A DNA stretch of 64,000 nt from an uncultured Gemmatimonadales bacterium (GTDB taxonomy: Bacteria > Gemmatimonadota > Gemmatimonadetes > Gemmatimonadales > Gemmatimonadaceae). Below, in pieces: positions 18,279 through 29,169 of the stretch. The DNA is taken from contig CAWBZV010000005.1 in the NCBI GenBank assembly GCA_963793305.1, forward strand, positions 1,024,001 to 1,088,000, given 5' to 3'. The first letter of the stretch is position 1; every line of letters begins with the position of its first letter. A program made the position numbers and the translations under genes. Under the pieces are notes generated by a model. That model was not told where the DNA came from. It was given only the letters and a program-made list of their open reading frames with translations, and ran no database searches.

Positions 18279-19574
18279 GTGATGCGACGATATAAATCTT
18301 ATGTTGCGGCGACACTGATATTGACCGCGATCGCCGCTTCCCACGCGCGCGCCCAGGATACGACCAAGAGGGGCGTTCACATTGGCTTGCAGTATTCGCC
18401 CGGTACCCGTCCGGGGGTCGTCGTCCTTCCGATGCTGGGCGTTGGTGGAGACTCGGCCCAAGCGATCATCCAGCGCGATCTCGACTATGGCGATCGCCTC
18501 ACGATGATCCAGAACGTCGGCGATATCGGCGTGACCACGGCGAATGTCAACTATGGGCTGTTCGCGAAGCTCGGCGCCGCCGCGATCGTGCAGGGATTTC
18601 TGGGCCCGACGGCGCTCCACGTGCTCGTGCACGATGTCCGCGGCCAGAAGATTCTCGTGACGCGCGATTTCGCGGTGCCCGCGACCGTCGGGACGCCGGA
18701 ATGGCGATTCGCCCTCCACGCCGCCTCCGACGAGATCGAGAAGTCGATCACGGGCATACGCGGCATTGCCGCGACCCGCGTGCTCTTCGTGCGCGATGGC
18801 CAGATCTATGTCTGCGATGCCGACGGCTACGGTGTGAAGGCACTGAGCCCTAAAGAAGGCGCCATGTCACCCGCGTGGCATCCGTCGGGCCGTTACATCG
18901 CGTATAGCGTGTTCACGAGGGCGGGTACGGAGATCGTCATACAGGATCTGACGAATGGCGGGACGCGCCATCTTGTTGCCACCCCAGGCGGGCTCAACAG
19001 TGCGCCAGTGTTCACGCCCGATGGCAAATGGGTCGTCTATGCTCACGGTGACGAGGTCGGTACCGACCTGTTCGCGGCGAATCCGTTCTCGAATGATCCC
19101 GCGCGACGGATCACCGTGGGTCATGGCACGGACAATACGCAGCCCACGTTCAGCCCCGATGGCCAACAAATCGCGTTCACCTCGGGTCGCTCCGGACACC
19201 CGGAGATATATATTACCGACTTCGATGGGACGAACGCGGAGTTATTGACGCCGTTCGAGTTCGGAGGCGAGTTCTATCGTGAGGGCCCGGACTGGTCGCC
19301 CGATGGTCGGTCAGTCGCTTTCGGATCGTGGATCGGTGGAATATTCCAAATCGAGACGATCAGTCTCCGCGACCGCAGCGTCAAGCAGCTCACGAGCGAA
19401 GGCCGCAACGAAGATCCATCATACGCGCCGGACAGTCGCCACGTGGTGTTCACGTCGACGCGTTCGGGTGTGCATCAACTGTGGGTGCTGGATGTCGAGT
19501 CGGGCCGCGTGCGGCAACTCACGTTCGGCAGCGAGGCACGCCTCGCGGCCTGGTCGCGCGCACTCGTTCCATAG
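18279..19574 (+). CDS. tolB: TolB beta-propeller protein
   Basis: Signal peptide and repeated PD40 motifs (SPAWHPSG, PTFSPDG, PDWSPDG). Confidence 0.93.
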   Translation: MMRRYKSYVAATLILTAIAASHARAQDTTKRGVHIGLQYSPGTRPGVVVLPMLGVGGDSAQAIIQRDLDYGDRLTMIQNVGDIGVTTANVNYGLFAKLGAAAIVQGFLGPTALHVLVHDVRGQKILVTRDFAVPATVGTPEWRFALHAASDEIEKSITGIRGIAATRVLFVRDGQIYVCDADGYGVKALSPKEGAMSPAWHPSGRYIAYSVFTRAGTEIVIQDLTNGGTRHLVATPGGLNSAPVFTPDGKWVVYAHGDEVGTDLFAANPFSNDPARRITVGHGTDNTQPTFSPDGQQIAFTSGRSGHPEIYITDFDGTNAELLTPFEFGGEFYREGPDWSPDGRSVAFGSWIGGIFQIETISLRDRSVKQLTSEGRNEDPSYAPDSRHVVFTSTRSGVHQLWVLDVESGRVRQLTFGSEARLAAWSRALVP

Positions 19575-19616
19575 GGTTGGTTTCTGTGCTAATTCCTTTC
19601 TCTGGAGAGTAAAGCA

Positions 19617-20228
19617 ATGACCCGCTTGTCACGCGTCGTTCCTCTGACCCTGATGGTGATCGCGGCGGCGGTAGCGGCTGCCTGTGGCGGGAGTAAGCCG
19701 ACCCCGGCTCCGACGCCCGCAGCGGCGCCGACGACGCCATCCGGCCCGAACACTGATAGCATCGATCAGGCGCGCCGGGATTCGATCGCGCGCGCGCAGC
19801 GAACGGCTGACAGTCTGCGCGCCGAGCAGGATCGCCTCGCCGCCGCCATCGCCGCGGCGCGCAACACGATCACGGCGATGATCTACTTCGATCTCGACAA
19901 GTCGGATCTGACGGATCAGGACAAGGCATCGCTCGATCAGAAGATCCCGATTCTCAATGCCAACGCGAGCCTGCGCATTCGCGTCGGGGGCAATTGCGAT
20001 GAGCGTGGCTCCGACGAGTACAACCTCGCCCTCGGCCAGCGCCGCGCCGCTGCCGCCAAGCGCTATCTCACCGATCACGGCGTCGACGGTTCGCGCATCG
20101 ACGTGATCTCGTACGGCAAAGAGCGTCCAGTCGCCCAGGGCCACGACGAAGGCGCGTGGGCGCAGAATCGTAACGACCAGTTTGAAATCACCGCCGGCGG
20201 CGATAACCTCCGCACGTCAGGTCAGTGA
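19617..20228 (+). CDS. pal: Peptidoglycan-associated lipoprotein
   Basis: Lipobox VAAAC, IYFDLDKS, GNCDERGSDEYNLALGQRRA and SYGKERP. Confidence 0.96.
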   Translation: MTRLSRVVPLTLMVIAAAVAAACGGSKPTPAPTPAAAPTTPSGPNTDSIDQARRDSIARAQRTADSLRAEQDRLAAAIAAARNTITAMIYFDLDKSDLTDQDKASLDQKIPILNANASLRIRVGGNCDERGSDEYNLALGQRRAAAAKRYLTDHGVDGSRIDVISYGKERPVAQGHDEGAWAQNRNDQFEITAGGDNLRTSGQ

Positions 20229-21106
20229 CCGGTAGGTCAATCGCTCGATGGTGCATGATCCCGGCCGTGATCCTTGCGGCCGGGGCGTGTTTCGCGACGC
20301 GCGAGGACGTGCGCTTGCTGCAGACGCAGTTGCAGCAATACCAAGCGCAAGCGGCTCAATCCGACTCGGTGCGCAAGACGCAGCTCGATCGAGTCATCGA
20401 GCAACTGGGCCTTGTCGGTGACTCCCTCGGGGACCTCGGCACACGCCTGACCAAGTTTCAGGGCGATGTCGAGGGCTCTGTCTACTCGATGGGTCAGCAA
20501 CTGATCCAGATCCAGGAGCTCACTGGCCAGAGCCAGCGGCGCCTCCAAGAGCTGCGAGCGGGGCTGGAAGTGCAGCGCGGCACATTCGCGCAACCGACCC
20601 CCGGGGCGCCAGGCCAGCCAATCGGGACCACACCAGGAATGGCTAGTGGGGTGGATAGCGGCCGTACGGTAGTTGCCGCGACGCCACCGGCGACCACTGC
20701 CGCAGCCACGCCAGGCGGCGGGGCGGGAACGCCAGGCCCCAATGAGCTGTACCAGTTGGCACTGGATCAACTGCGCCGGGGTAGCACGGGTGCGGCGCGC
20801 TCGGCGCTGACCGATCTGCTCAAGCAGTACCCAAATGCGGACGTAGCCTCGGACGCGCAGTTCTATGTGGCCGACTCGTACGATCGCGAGGGAAACACCG
20901 CGGCGGCGGATTCGGTGTACCAGTTGGTCGTTCAGCGCTATCCGTCGTCCGAGCGGGCGCCGACGGCGCTGTACAAGCACGGTCTGACGCTCGTCACCGC
21001 CGGCAAGGTGCAGGCGGCCCGGGCGGCGCTCCAGCAGGTCGTTTCGAAGTATCCGCGGTCGGACGAGGCGGTACTCGCCAAGGATCGGCTGCGAACCCTG
21101 AAGTAG
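20225..21106 (+). CDS. cpoB: Cell division coordinator CpoB/YbgF
   Basis: Lipoprotein signal, coiled coil, C-terminal TPRs (YPSSERAPTALYK). Follows pal. Confidence 0.88.
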   Translation: MTGRSIARWCMIPAVILAAGACFATREDVRLLQTQLQQYQAQAAQSDSVRKTQLDRVIEQLGLVGDSLGDLGTRLTKFQGDVEGSVYSMGQQLIQIQELTGQSQRRLQELRAGLEVQRGTFAQPTPGAPGQPIGTTPGMASGVDSGRTVVAATPPATTAAATPGGGAGTPGPNELYQLALDQLRRGSTGAARSALTDLLKQYPNADVASDAQFYVADSYDREGNTAAADSVYQLVVQRYPSSERAPTALYKHGLTLVTAGKVQAARAALQQVVSKYPRSDEAVLAKDRLRTLK

Positions 21107-21120
21107 GGTCTCTTCTAGCC

Positions 21121-21918
21121 GTGAAGAAATCGTCTAGCCCGCGCACGCCAACCGCCGAGATGCCGTTCCTCGATCACCTCGAGGAGCTGCGCTGGCGCAT
21201 CATCTGGTCGCTGGGCGCGGTCCTGATCACAGTTGCGCTCTCGTTCGGGGCGCTCACGCAGGTCGATGTGATCAAGATCCTGTCTCGCCCGATCCTTCCG
21301 TATCTCCCGAAGGGTCAGAAACTCGTCTACACGCATCCGACCGACTCGTTCATGATCTATGTGACGCTGTCGATCGTCCTCGGCGTGGTCGTCGCCTCGC
21401 CGGTCGTGGTCTACCAGGCATGGGCCTTTCTGTCGCCGGCGCTCCATCAGAACGAAAAGAAACTCGTCGTGCCGGTCGCGATCGGCGCGGCGGGGCTCTT
21501 TCTCTGCGGCGTGTCCCTGTCGTACTTCGGCGTGCTGCCCCTGGCGCTCCAATGGCTGCTCAACTTCCAGTCGGCGTCATTGCAGCCGATGATCAGCGTG
21601 CACGAGTACTTCGATTTCTTGTTCACGATGTCACTCGCGTTCGGCATCGCCTTCGAGCTGCCGATCGTCATTCTCGTCCTGACCGCGCTGGGGTTCGTGT
21701 CGCCGATGTTCCTCCGCAAGTATCGGCGGCACGCGATCGTGCTCTGCGTCTTCGTGGGCGCGTTCCTGACGCCGGGTGACCTCGTGTGGACGACGCTGGC
21801 CATGGCCGTACCGCTCTATGTGCTGTACGAATTGAGCATTGTGCTGTCGACGGTCGTCTACCGTCGCCAGCACAAGGGCGAAGACGACGTGCAACAGAAG
21901 CGCCTGATCACCGCGTGA
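21121..21918 (+). CDS. tatC: Twin-arginine translocase subunit TatC
   Basis: EMPFLDHLEELRWR, WAFLSPAL, FGIAFELP and LYELSI. Confidence 0.97.
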   Translation: MKKSSSPRTPTAEMPFLDHLEELRWRIIWSLGAVLITVALSFGALTQVDVIKILSRPILPYLPKGQKLVYTHPTDSFMIYVTLSIVLGVVVASPVVVYQAWAFLSPALHQNEKKLVVPVAIGAAGLFLCGVSLSYFGVLPLALQWLLNFQSASLQPMISVHEYFDFLFTMSLAFGIAFELPIVILVLTALGFVSPMFLRKYRRHAIVLCVFVGAFLTPGDLVWTTLAMAVPLYVLYELSIVLSTVVYRRQHKGEDDVQQKRLITA

Positions 21919-24900
21919 GAGCCGCTCAGTGGCTCGTCGCGGCGGCTCTGCTCGCCGCGGTCGCGCCAGCATGGGTAGCGGGTCAGCAGCCGGGGCAACC
22001 GCCACCGAATATCCCGCAGCAATATCCGAACAACCCGAACGCGCGCCGCGCGAATCGGGATTCGATCCGCCAGGACTCGGTCCGCAAGCTCTACGCGTCC
22101 GACAGCGTCAAGCACACGGTGCATTGGATCGAAGCCGACTCCATGACCAATCTGCTGCTCGACAAAGACGGCTACTCGCACACGCGCTACCAGGGGCGCC
22201 AGGCGCATCTCAATGCTCAGACGCACGAGCTCCAGATCGAGGGCGAGCGGGGCATCAACGTCGGCCGGGCGGCCGTCGACCGCGACACGACGCTGATCAT
22301 CGGCAACACCATTCGCTACAACGACAGCACGCAGCGCGTCTATGCCAAGGGCGATACGATCGTCCTGCACGACCCGACCTCAAACGAAAGCAACGTCTTT
22401 TCATTCAACTCGCTGACCTATGACGTCGGCACGCATACCGCGGTGGTCACGTCGGTGTCGACCGACTATACGCAAAGCGGCCAACAATGGTTCATCCAAG
22501 CCGAGAAAGCCGCCTACGTTGGCGATACGGTCAAGGGGCCAAAGGGAGGCCACAATATCTTCTATGGCCGCTACGGCGACATCACCACCTGCGACGACTC
22601 GTTCCCGCACTATCACATTCGAGGCGGTGAGCTCAAGTACGTGTCGAAACAGGTGCTGGTGATTCGCCCGGCGGTGTTATACATCGCCAATGTCCCGATT
22701 CTGTGGCTGCCGTTCATGTTTCAAGATCTCCGGCGTGGCCGACGCAGCGGCATCCTGACGCCGAGGTTCGGTTTCACCGAACTGTTGCGCAACAGTCCGA
22801 CCTATCGCCGGCACGTCGAGAACGTCGGGTACTACTTCGTGATGGGCCAGTACGCGGATTTCACGACGTGGCTCGACTGGCGAAGCGGCGCTCGCGCCAA
22901 CGTCGGCGACCCGGGATTCACGCAATACAACGGAGAATTCCGCTACCGGTGGCTCGATCGCTTCCTGGACGGCGATCTCGCCGCGAACTACCGCACGCAG
23001 CAAGACGGTTCGACGAACACCGCGATCTACTGGAACCACCGGCAAGATTTCTCGCTGCACTCGCACCTGCAGCTCAACATCAATTACGTCACGAGCACGG
23101 TCGTCCAGCAGAACTCCTACCTCAACCCGTACGCGGCGCTCGCCAACATCAACTCCCAGCTCAACTACCAGCAGGACGTGGGGCCCGCGTCGATGAGTCT
23201 GGGCGGCACGCAAACCCAGTACCCGGGTCAGACGCGACTCGACCGGACCTTCCCGACGCTGAGCATCACGTCGAAACCGGTGAGCGCCGGCACCTGGCTC
23301 ACCTGGTCTCCATCGTTCTCGGCGACGAACGCGCAGAGCTACGGGCTCGACCAGCCTGGCGACTTCGCCTACCTCTATGGCGTCACCCAGGAAGGCCAGC
23401 TCGACTCGACGCTCCGCAATCGCGACACGCGGAACTCCTCGGCGTCCTTCGACACGCCGCTCAAGATCTTCGGGTTCAACTGGCGCAACTCGTTCCGCGT
23501 CCGGGATCAGTACAACAACTACCCGGTGAACGATGTCATCTACGTCCCGACGAAGATCGACGGGCGGGACACGACCGTGTCGACGACCCGCACGTATCGC
23601 ACATCCTACGCGACCGCGCTCGACTGGGATACGGGCATCGATCTGCCGTCCATCCTCCAAGGCTCGTGGAACATTGTCCCTAGCGTCTCGGTGGTGAACG
23701 CCGACGGACAGGCGCCGTTTCTCCAACGCACCGAGCTCTCGGGCGACTCTTGGGTGAGCCAGGGCAAGAACCTCGTGTACGGCCTCTCGGTCTCGCCGAC
23801 ATTCTTCGGCTTGTTCCCCGGCATCCTGGGCATCTCGCGCATTCGACATTCGATCACGACGACGCTGACGTTCGACTACGCGTCGGCGGCGCACACGAGC
23901 ACCGCGTTCCTGCTCGCCAACGGCCAGAACCCGGTCGGCTATCTCGGCAACCTGGCGCAGGAGTCGGCGACCCTTGGCCTCTCCACCAACATCGAGGCCA
24001 AGTTCCGCGACGGTCCGGATACGGCGCCCGACAACGGGACCAAGATCAAGCTCCTCTCCCTCAACTTCGATCCCATCACCTGGGACTTCGCGCGCGCGGC
24101 CGCCACGCACCACACGGGACTCACCAACACGAGCTTCGGCTACGACATCCGCACGGACCTGATTCCCGGGCTCGATTTCCGCGAGTCGTACTCGCTCTTC
24201 CAAGGCAATCCCGAGAGCGATACGGCCGTGTTCAAGCCGTTTCTGACGTCGATCAGCGCGTCCGTCTCGTTCGGCGCCAACTCGCACATCCTGGATCCCT
24301 TCAAGAAGCTGCTCGGTATCAAAGTGGAGCAGAAAAAGCCGGACTCGCTCGCGGGACGTGACCCGTTCTTTCAACAGCAGGCCCAAGCGGGACACGTCGC
24401 CGGCCAGGGTGCGCAATACTCCCAGTATTCGATCCCGACGATCGGCGCCAGCGGGTGGAACGTCTCCCTCACGTTCACCGAGAATCAACAGCGTCCGCTG
24501 GTGGGCGACACGGCGGGCGCGATCGCATACAACCCGGCTCTCATATGCGCCCAGTTCCAGGCCACGAACCCGACGCTCTACGCTGTCTGCGTCTATCAGA
24601 AACAGCACTCGATCGCGAGCTCGGACACCTCGCTCATCAGCAGCGGCTACAACTGCACCACCCAAGCGTGCCCGCCGGTGGTCGTGCCGCCCCAAAGTTC
24701 ACTCGCCGCCTCGCTCGCCTTCAGTTTGACCCCCCGCTGGTCGGCCCAGTGGCAGACCACCTACGACTTCACGCGGCATAATTTCGCGAGCCAGGTGGTC
24801 ACGCTCCAGCGGGACCTGCACGACTGGAAAGCCGTATTCTCCTTCACCCAATCACCGACCGGCAGCTTCGGCTTTACGTTCTTCGTCGCGCTCAAGGCCG

Positions 24901-24965
24901 AGCCGGCCCTCAAATTCAACTACGACCGGACGTCGTACCGCGCACCGCCGGGCAGTGGGTTCTAG
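21915..24965 (+). CDS. lptD: LPS-assembly outer-membrane protein LptD-like
   Basis: Signal peptide, ITTCDDSFPHY, LYIANVPILWLPF...RRSGILTP, long beta-barrel ending LQRDLHDW. Confidence 0.82.
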   Translation: MRAAQWLVAAALLAAVAPAWVAGQQPGQPPPNIPQQYPNNPNARRANRDSIRQDSVRKLYASDSVKHTVHWIEADSMTNLLLDKDGYSHTRYQGRQAHLNAQTHELQIEGERGINVGRAAVDRDTTLIIGNTIRYNDSTQRVYAKGDTIVLHDPTSNESNVFSFNSLTYDVGTHTAVVTSVSTDYTQSGQQWFIQAEKAAYVGDTVKGPKGGHNIFYGRYGDITTCDDSFPHYHIRGGELKYVSKQVLVIRPAVLYIANVPILWLPFMFQDLRRGRRSGILTPRFGFTELLRNSPTYRRHVENVGYYFVMGQYADFTTWLDWRSGARANVGDPGFTQYNGEFRYRWLDRFLDGDLAANYRTQQDGSTNTAIYWNHRQDFSLHSHLQLNINYVTSTVVQQNSYLNPYAALANINSQLNYQQDVGPASMSLGGTQTQYPGQTRLDRTFPTLSITSKPVSAGTWLTWSPSFSATNAQSYGLDQPGDFAYLYGVTQEGQLDSTLRNRDTRNSSASFDTPLKIFGFNWRNSFRVRDQYNNYPVNDVIYVPTKIDGRDTTVSTTRTYRTSYATALDWDTGIDLPSILQGSWNIVPSVSVVNADGQAPFLQRTELSGDSWVSQGKNLVYGLSVSPTFFGLFPGILGISRIRHSITTTLTFDYASAAHTSTAFLLANGQNPVGYLGNLAQESATLGLSTNIEAKFRDGPDTAPDNGTKIKLLSLNFDPITWDFARAAATHHTGLTNTSFGYDIRTDLIPGLDFRESYSLFQGNPESDTAVFKPFLTSISASVSFGANSHILDPFKKLLGIKVEQKKPDSLAGRDPFFQQQAQAGHVAGQGAQYSQYSIPTIGASGWNVSLTFTENQQRPLVGDTAGAIAYNPALICAQFQATNPTLYAVCVYQKQHSIASSDTSLISSGYNCTTQACPPVVVPPQSSLAASLAFSLTPRWSAQWQTTYDFTRHNFASQVVTLQRDLHDWKAVFSFTQSPTGSFGFTFFVALKAEPALKFNYDRTSYRAPPGSGF

Positions 24966-25060
24966 ACACGGTACAAATGCTTGTCCCTCCTAGGGGACAG
25001 CCCCGGGCGGTTAACGCTGCCATCGATCTGCGCGTCATAGGGTTAGGTAGTATAGGCTCC

Positions 25061-25077
25061 TTGGCCCAAGGAGTGCT
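25061..25077 (+). promoter_or_regulatory. Candidate sigma54 (-24/-12) promoter
   Basis: TTGGCCCAAGGAGTGCT fits TGGC...TGCT with exact GG-N10-GC spacing, about 40 bp before ATG 25117. Confidence 0.45.
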
Positions 25078-25116
25078 TATCTGTCGCTTTAGTCTCCACT
25101 TCTGAGGAATCTCTCA

Positions 25117-25941
25117 ATGACCCGCAAACGTCCGTGGCGCGCTGCCGGGATTGCACTCGCTGCGCTCGTCGCCGCGTGCAATAACGACAACAGCAATGTC
25201 CTGAGCAACTATGTCGCTCCCGGAGCCCCGGTTGGGCTCGTGTATCAGTTGAACCTCGGCGAGCAGATCGGAGCGGACTCCATCATCGAGCCAGGCGTGC
25301 TGCTCAGTTGGCTGCCGCCGAATCCGGATTCGACCGTACAGGACTTCGCGGTCTTCGGCTCGGATAGCACCGATTCGGCCGGATTTGTCCAACGAGCGGT
25401 GACGACCTCGATCACGTTCCACGACGCCGGCCTGCCACAGGTCCAGTACTTCGTGGAATCGCAGGACGTCAATGGCGTCTCCAGCGCGCCATCGAACATT
25501 GTCCTCATCAACCCGGCTGACACCGTGCCGGCTCCCTCGGGTCTTACTGGCACGCCCCTCGATTCCGCTGCGGAGCTCGCGTGGCCCGATAACTCCATTA
25601 CGGGGGCGAACGGGAGTCACTTCGATTACTACCGCGTGTACTCGGACGCGGATAGCAACAACACCTGCGTGAGCTCGACGACGGTGCTCGAAGGGACGAC
25701 GGTATCGAACGGATTCGTGATCACGGGCATCGCGAACGGTACTGCGCGCTCTTACTTCGTCACCGCGGTGACAAAGAGCGGACACGAGAGCAACTGCTCC
25801 CCGGCGACGGTCATCACCCCGAGCGGGTCCGACCCGTCGTTCTCGGTCGCCAAAATCCCGGGGAATTTCATGGTGATCGCGCACCATCCGATCGTGCTGC
25901 ATCGCGCGCACACGGTCACCCGTCTGATCGCGCACAAGTAG
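25117..25941 (+). CDS. Lipoprotein with fibronectin type III-like domains
   Basis: Lipobox LVAAC. Two Fn3-like repeats (LLSWLPP...YFVESQDVNG; APSGLTG...LAWP...YFVTAVTKSGHES). Confidence 0.78.
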   Translation: MTRKRPWRAAGIALAALVAACNNDNSNVLSNYVAPGAPVGLVYQLNLGEQIGADSIIEPGVLLSWLPPNPDSTVQDFAVFGSDSTDSAGFVQRAVTTSITFHDAGLPQVQYFVESQDVNGVSSAPSNIVLINPADTVPAPSGLTGTPLDSAAELAWPDNSITGANGSHFDYYRVYSDADSNNTCVSSTTVLEGTTVSNGFVITGIANGTARSYFVTAVTKSGHESNCSPATVITPSGSDPSFSVAKIPGNFMVIAHHPIVLHRAHTVTRLIAHK

Positions 25942-25987
25942 AGCGCGCCCTTGAATCGATGGGGGCCACGTCTGAGCTTTTTAGACG

Positions 25988-27526
25988 ATGGCCCCCTCAG
26001 AACTCGTTGAAATCGACGGCCGATCCCTGACGGTCGAGGACGTTTTCTCGGTCGCGACTGCCGGCGCGAGCGTTCGCCTGGCCCCCCAGGCACGCGCGCG
26101 GATGGAGAAAACGCGCTCGATCGTTGATGGGATAGTCGCCCGCCGCGAGGTGGTCTACGGCATCACCACGGGCTTCGGCAAGCTGTCCGAAGTGGCGATC
26201 CCGATCGACCGGCTCGCCGATCTCCAAGTCAACCTGATCCGCAGTCACTCTGCCGGCGTCGGCCCGCTGCTCAGTGAACGCGAAGTCCGCGCGATGATGC
26301 TCCTGCGCGCGAACGTACTGGCCGGTGGATTCGCCGGTTGTCGCCCGGCGCTCGTCGAGCTGCTGCTCGGAATGCTGAATGCGGGCCTCACGCCGCCGAT
26401 CCCGGAGCAGGGAAGCGTCGGTGCCTCGGGCGATCTGGCGCCGCTCTCGCACCTCGCTCTGGCACTGATCGGCGAGGGCACACTGGCTGGCAGTGGCGAT
26501 TCGGGTCCAGCCGCGCGAATGCTCGCCGCGCACGGTCTCGCGCCAGTCGTCCTCGGCCCGAAAGAGGGCATCTCTCTCGTCAACGGCACGCAAGCCCACA
26601 CGTCGATCGCCGCGCTCTCGCTCATCGACGCCCGCCGGCTCTGGTTTACGGCCCACATCGCGGGCGCCATGTCGCTCGAAGCCCTCCTCGGCACGCCGGT
26701 GGCATTCGACGAACGCATCCACCGCGCGCGCGGGCAGATCGGGCAGGCCGAGAGTGCCGCTCTCCTCCGCGCGCTCCTGGCGGACAGTGAGATCCGCGAG
26801 TCGCATCGGCTGAATGACCCGCGGGTGCAGGACGCCTACGCGTTGCGTTGCATGCCCCAGGTGCACGGCCCGGTACGCGACGCCCTCGACTTCGCCGCCG
26901 GGGTGATCGGCCGCGAGCTGAATGCTGCCACGGACAACCCGCTCGTGTTCGACGACGGCACGATGCTCTCGGGCGGCAATTTCCACGGCCAGTCCGTAGC
27001 CATGATTCTCGATTATCTCGCCATCGCCCTCACGAACCTGGCGACGATGTCCGAGCGCCGGATCGACCGCCTGGTCAACCCCGACCTCAATCAAGGGCTG
27101 CCTCCGTTCCTGTCTCCAGATCCGGGCGTGCACTCGGGCTACATGATGGTCCAGGTCACCGCGGCCGCGCTGGCGAGCGAGTGCAAAGGGCTCTCCCACC
27201 CGGCGAGCGTGGACACGATTCCGACGGACGGAAGCAAAGAGGACGTTGTCCCGATGGCGATGGGTGCGGCCACCAAGCTCCGCCGCATCGTGCGCAACGT
27301 CCAGCACGTGCTGGCGATCGAGCTGTTGTGCGCGGCCCAGGGCATCGATTATCGCGCCCCGCTCGCGCCGGGCGTCGGGGTTCGCCGTGCCCACGCCAAG
27401 ATCCGCGAGCTCGTCAACCCACTCGTCGAGGATCGCGTCCCCAGCCCGGACATGGCGGCGTTGGCCGACGCGATCGCCAACGGTCACTTCGACTTTTCTG
27501 ACCATTATGACCACGCTAGCGTCTGA
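25988..27526 (+). CDS. hutH: Histidine ammonia-lyase
   Basis: [21 protein letters not shown] (MIO ASG), VQDAYALRC and SGGNFHG. Confidence 0.97.
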   Translation: MAPSELVEIDGRSLTVEDVFSVATAGASVRLAPQARARMEKTRSIVDGIVARREVVYGITTGFGKLSEVAIPIDRLADLQVNLIRSHSAGVGPLLSEREVRAMMLLRANVLAGGFAGCRPALVELLLGMLNAGLTPPIPEQGSVGASGDLAPLSHLALALIGEGTLAGSGDSGPAARMLAAHGLAPVVLGPKEGISLVNGTQAHTSIAALSLIDARRLWFTAHIAGAMSLEALLGTPVAFDERIHRARGQIGQAESAALLRALLADSEIRESHRLNDPRVQDAYALRCMPQVHGPVRDALDFAAGVIGRELNAATDNPLVFDDGTMLSGGNFHGQSVAMILDYLAIALTNLATMSERRIDRLVNPDLNQGLPPFLSPDPGVHSGYMMVQVTAAALASECKGLSHPASVDTIPTDGSKEDVVPMAMGAATKLRRIVRNVQHVLAIELLCAAQGIDYRAPLAPGVGVRRAHAKIRELVNPLVEDRVPSPDMAALADAIANGHFDFSDHYDHASV

Positions 27527-29168
27527 GCAAGTCGTCCGCGCGCCGCGCGGAACACAGCTCTCCTGCCGCGGTTGGCAGCAGGAGGCCGCGATGCGCATGC
27601 TGATGAACAACCTGGATCCCGATGTCGCCGAGCGACCCGAGGATCTCGTCGTCTACGGCGGCACCGGCAAAGCGGTGCGAAATTGGGCCGCCTTCGATCG
27701 CACCGTCGAGACGCTCCGCCGCCTCGGCGACGACGAGACGTTGCTCATGCAGAGCGGCAAACCGGTCGCGGTATTCCGCACACATCCAGGCGCACCACGC
27801 GTATTGATCGCCAACAGCAATCTCGTTCCGCGTTGGGCGAACTGGGACGAATTCCGTCGCTTGGAGGCGATGGGCCTCACGATGTACGGCCAGATGACCG
27901 CTGGCTCGTGGATTTACATCGGCTCGCAGGGCATTGTGCAGGGCACCTACGAGACTTTTGGCGCGGTCGCCGCTCGCCACTTCGGCGGCACGCTGTCCGG
28001 GCGATTCGTGCTCACCGGTGGCCTGGGCGGCATGGGTGGCGCCCAACCACTCGCGGCGACGATGCATGGCGCCGCTGTTCTGGCTGTCGAAATCGATCCC
28101 GCTCGTATCGACAAGCGGATCGCCACACGCTACTGCGATCGCCGCACGGCAGACCTCGACGAGGCGCTCCGCTGGATCGACGACGCGCGCCGCCGCGGTG
28201 TCGCGCTCTCCGTCGGTCTGGTCGGGAACACCGCGACCGTCCTCCCTGAGCTCGTCCGTCGCGGGATCACGCCCGACGTCCTCACCGATCAGACATCCGC
28301 GCACGACATGCTCAACGGGTATGTCCCGGCTGAGATGTCGCTCGACGCCGCGATGGCCCTCCGCGCATCGCAACCGGGCGAGTACGTTCGCCGCTCGACC
28401 GCCTCGGCGGCCGAACATGTCCGCGCCATGCTGGAGATGCAGCGCCGTGGGGCGATCTCGTTCGACTACGGCAACAATCTTCGCACGGTCGCATTTGATG
28501 CGGGTGTGCGAGACGCATTCAACATCCCGGGCTTCGTTCCCGAATATGTCCGGCCGCTATTCTGCGAGGGGAAGGGGCCATTCCGTTGGGTCGCGCTCTC
28601 CGGCGATCCGCGTGACATCTATCGCACGGATGCGTTGGCCCTCGAGCTATTCCCGAATGACCCGCATCTCAGGCGCTGGCTGACGTTGGCCAGAGAGAGA
28701 ATCCAGTTCCAGGGACTCCCCGCGAGAATCTGTTGGTTGGGCCAGGGAGATCGCGCAAAGTTCGGTGTGGCCATGAACGATCTCGTCGCGCGCGGCGAGA
28801 TCTCGGCGCCGATCGTCATCGGCCGCGACCACCTCGATACGGGCAGTGTGGCATCGCCATTCCGCGAGACCGAGGCTATGAAAGATGGCAGCGATGCGAT
28901 CGCCGACTGGCCGATCCTCAATGCCTTGCTGAACGTGGCGAGCGGCGCGTCCTGGGTCTCGTTCCACCACGGTGGCGGCGTCGGCATTGGCAATTCGCTG
29001 CACGCGGGCCAAGTCATTGTCGCCGACGGCACGCCGGCCATGGCCGAGCGCCTGCAGCGCGTGCTGACCAACGACCCGGGCATCGGCGTCGCGCGTCACG
29101 CCGATGCCGGCTATGAGATCGCGCAGCAAACCGCCGCCGAGCAACGCATCGATCTCCCCATGGCCTGA
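27507..29168 (+). CDS. hutU: Urocanate hydratase
   Basis: [33 protein letters not shown] and GRDHLD. Confidence 0.98.
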   Translation: MTTLASEQVVRAPRGTQLSCRGWQQEAAMRMLMNNLDPDVAERPEDLVVYGGTGKAVRNWAAFDRTVETLRRLGDDETLLMQSGKPVAVFRTHPGAPRVLIANSNLVPRWANWDEFRRLEAMGLTMYGQMTAGSWIYIGSQGIVQGTYETFGAVAARHFGGTLSGRFVLTGGLGGMGGAQPLAATMHGAAVLAVEIDPARIDKRIATRYCDRRTADLDEALRWIDDARRRGVALSVGLVGNTATVLPELVRRGITPDVLTDQTSAHDMLNGYVPAEMSLDAAMALRASQPGEYVRRSTASAAEHVRAMLEMQRRGAISFDYGNNLRTVAFDAGVRDAFNIPGFVPEYVRPLFCEGKGPFRWVALSGDPRDIYRTDALALELFPNDPHLRRWLTLARERIQFQGLPARICWLGQGDRAKFGVAMNDLVARGEISAPIVIGRDHLDTGSVASPFRETEAMKDGSDAIADWPILNALLNVASGASWVSFHHGGGVGIGNSLHAGQVIVADGTPAMAERLQRVLTNDPGIGVARHADAGYEIAQQTAAEQRIDLPMA

Positions 29169-29169
29169 C

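Noticed and set aside
22677..24695. Long antisense ORFs (this 672-aa one, also 25997-27610, 31192-32550, 49926-51530 and 58175-59548)
   Set aside because: They shadow well-identified genes. Long stop-free antisense frames are expected at this GC content and show no family motifs.
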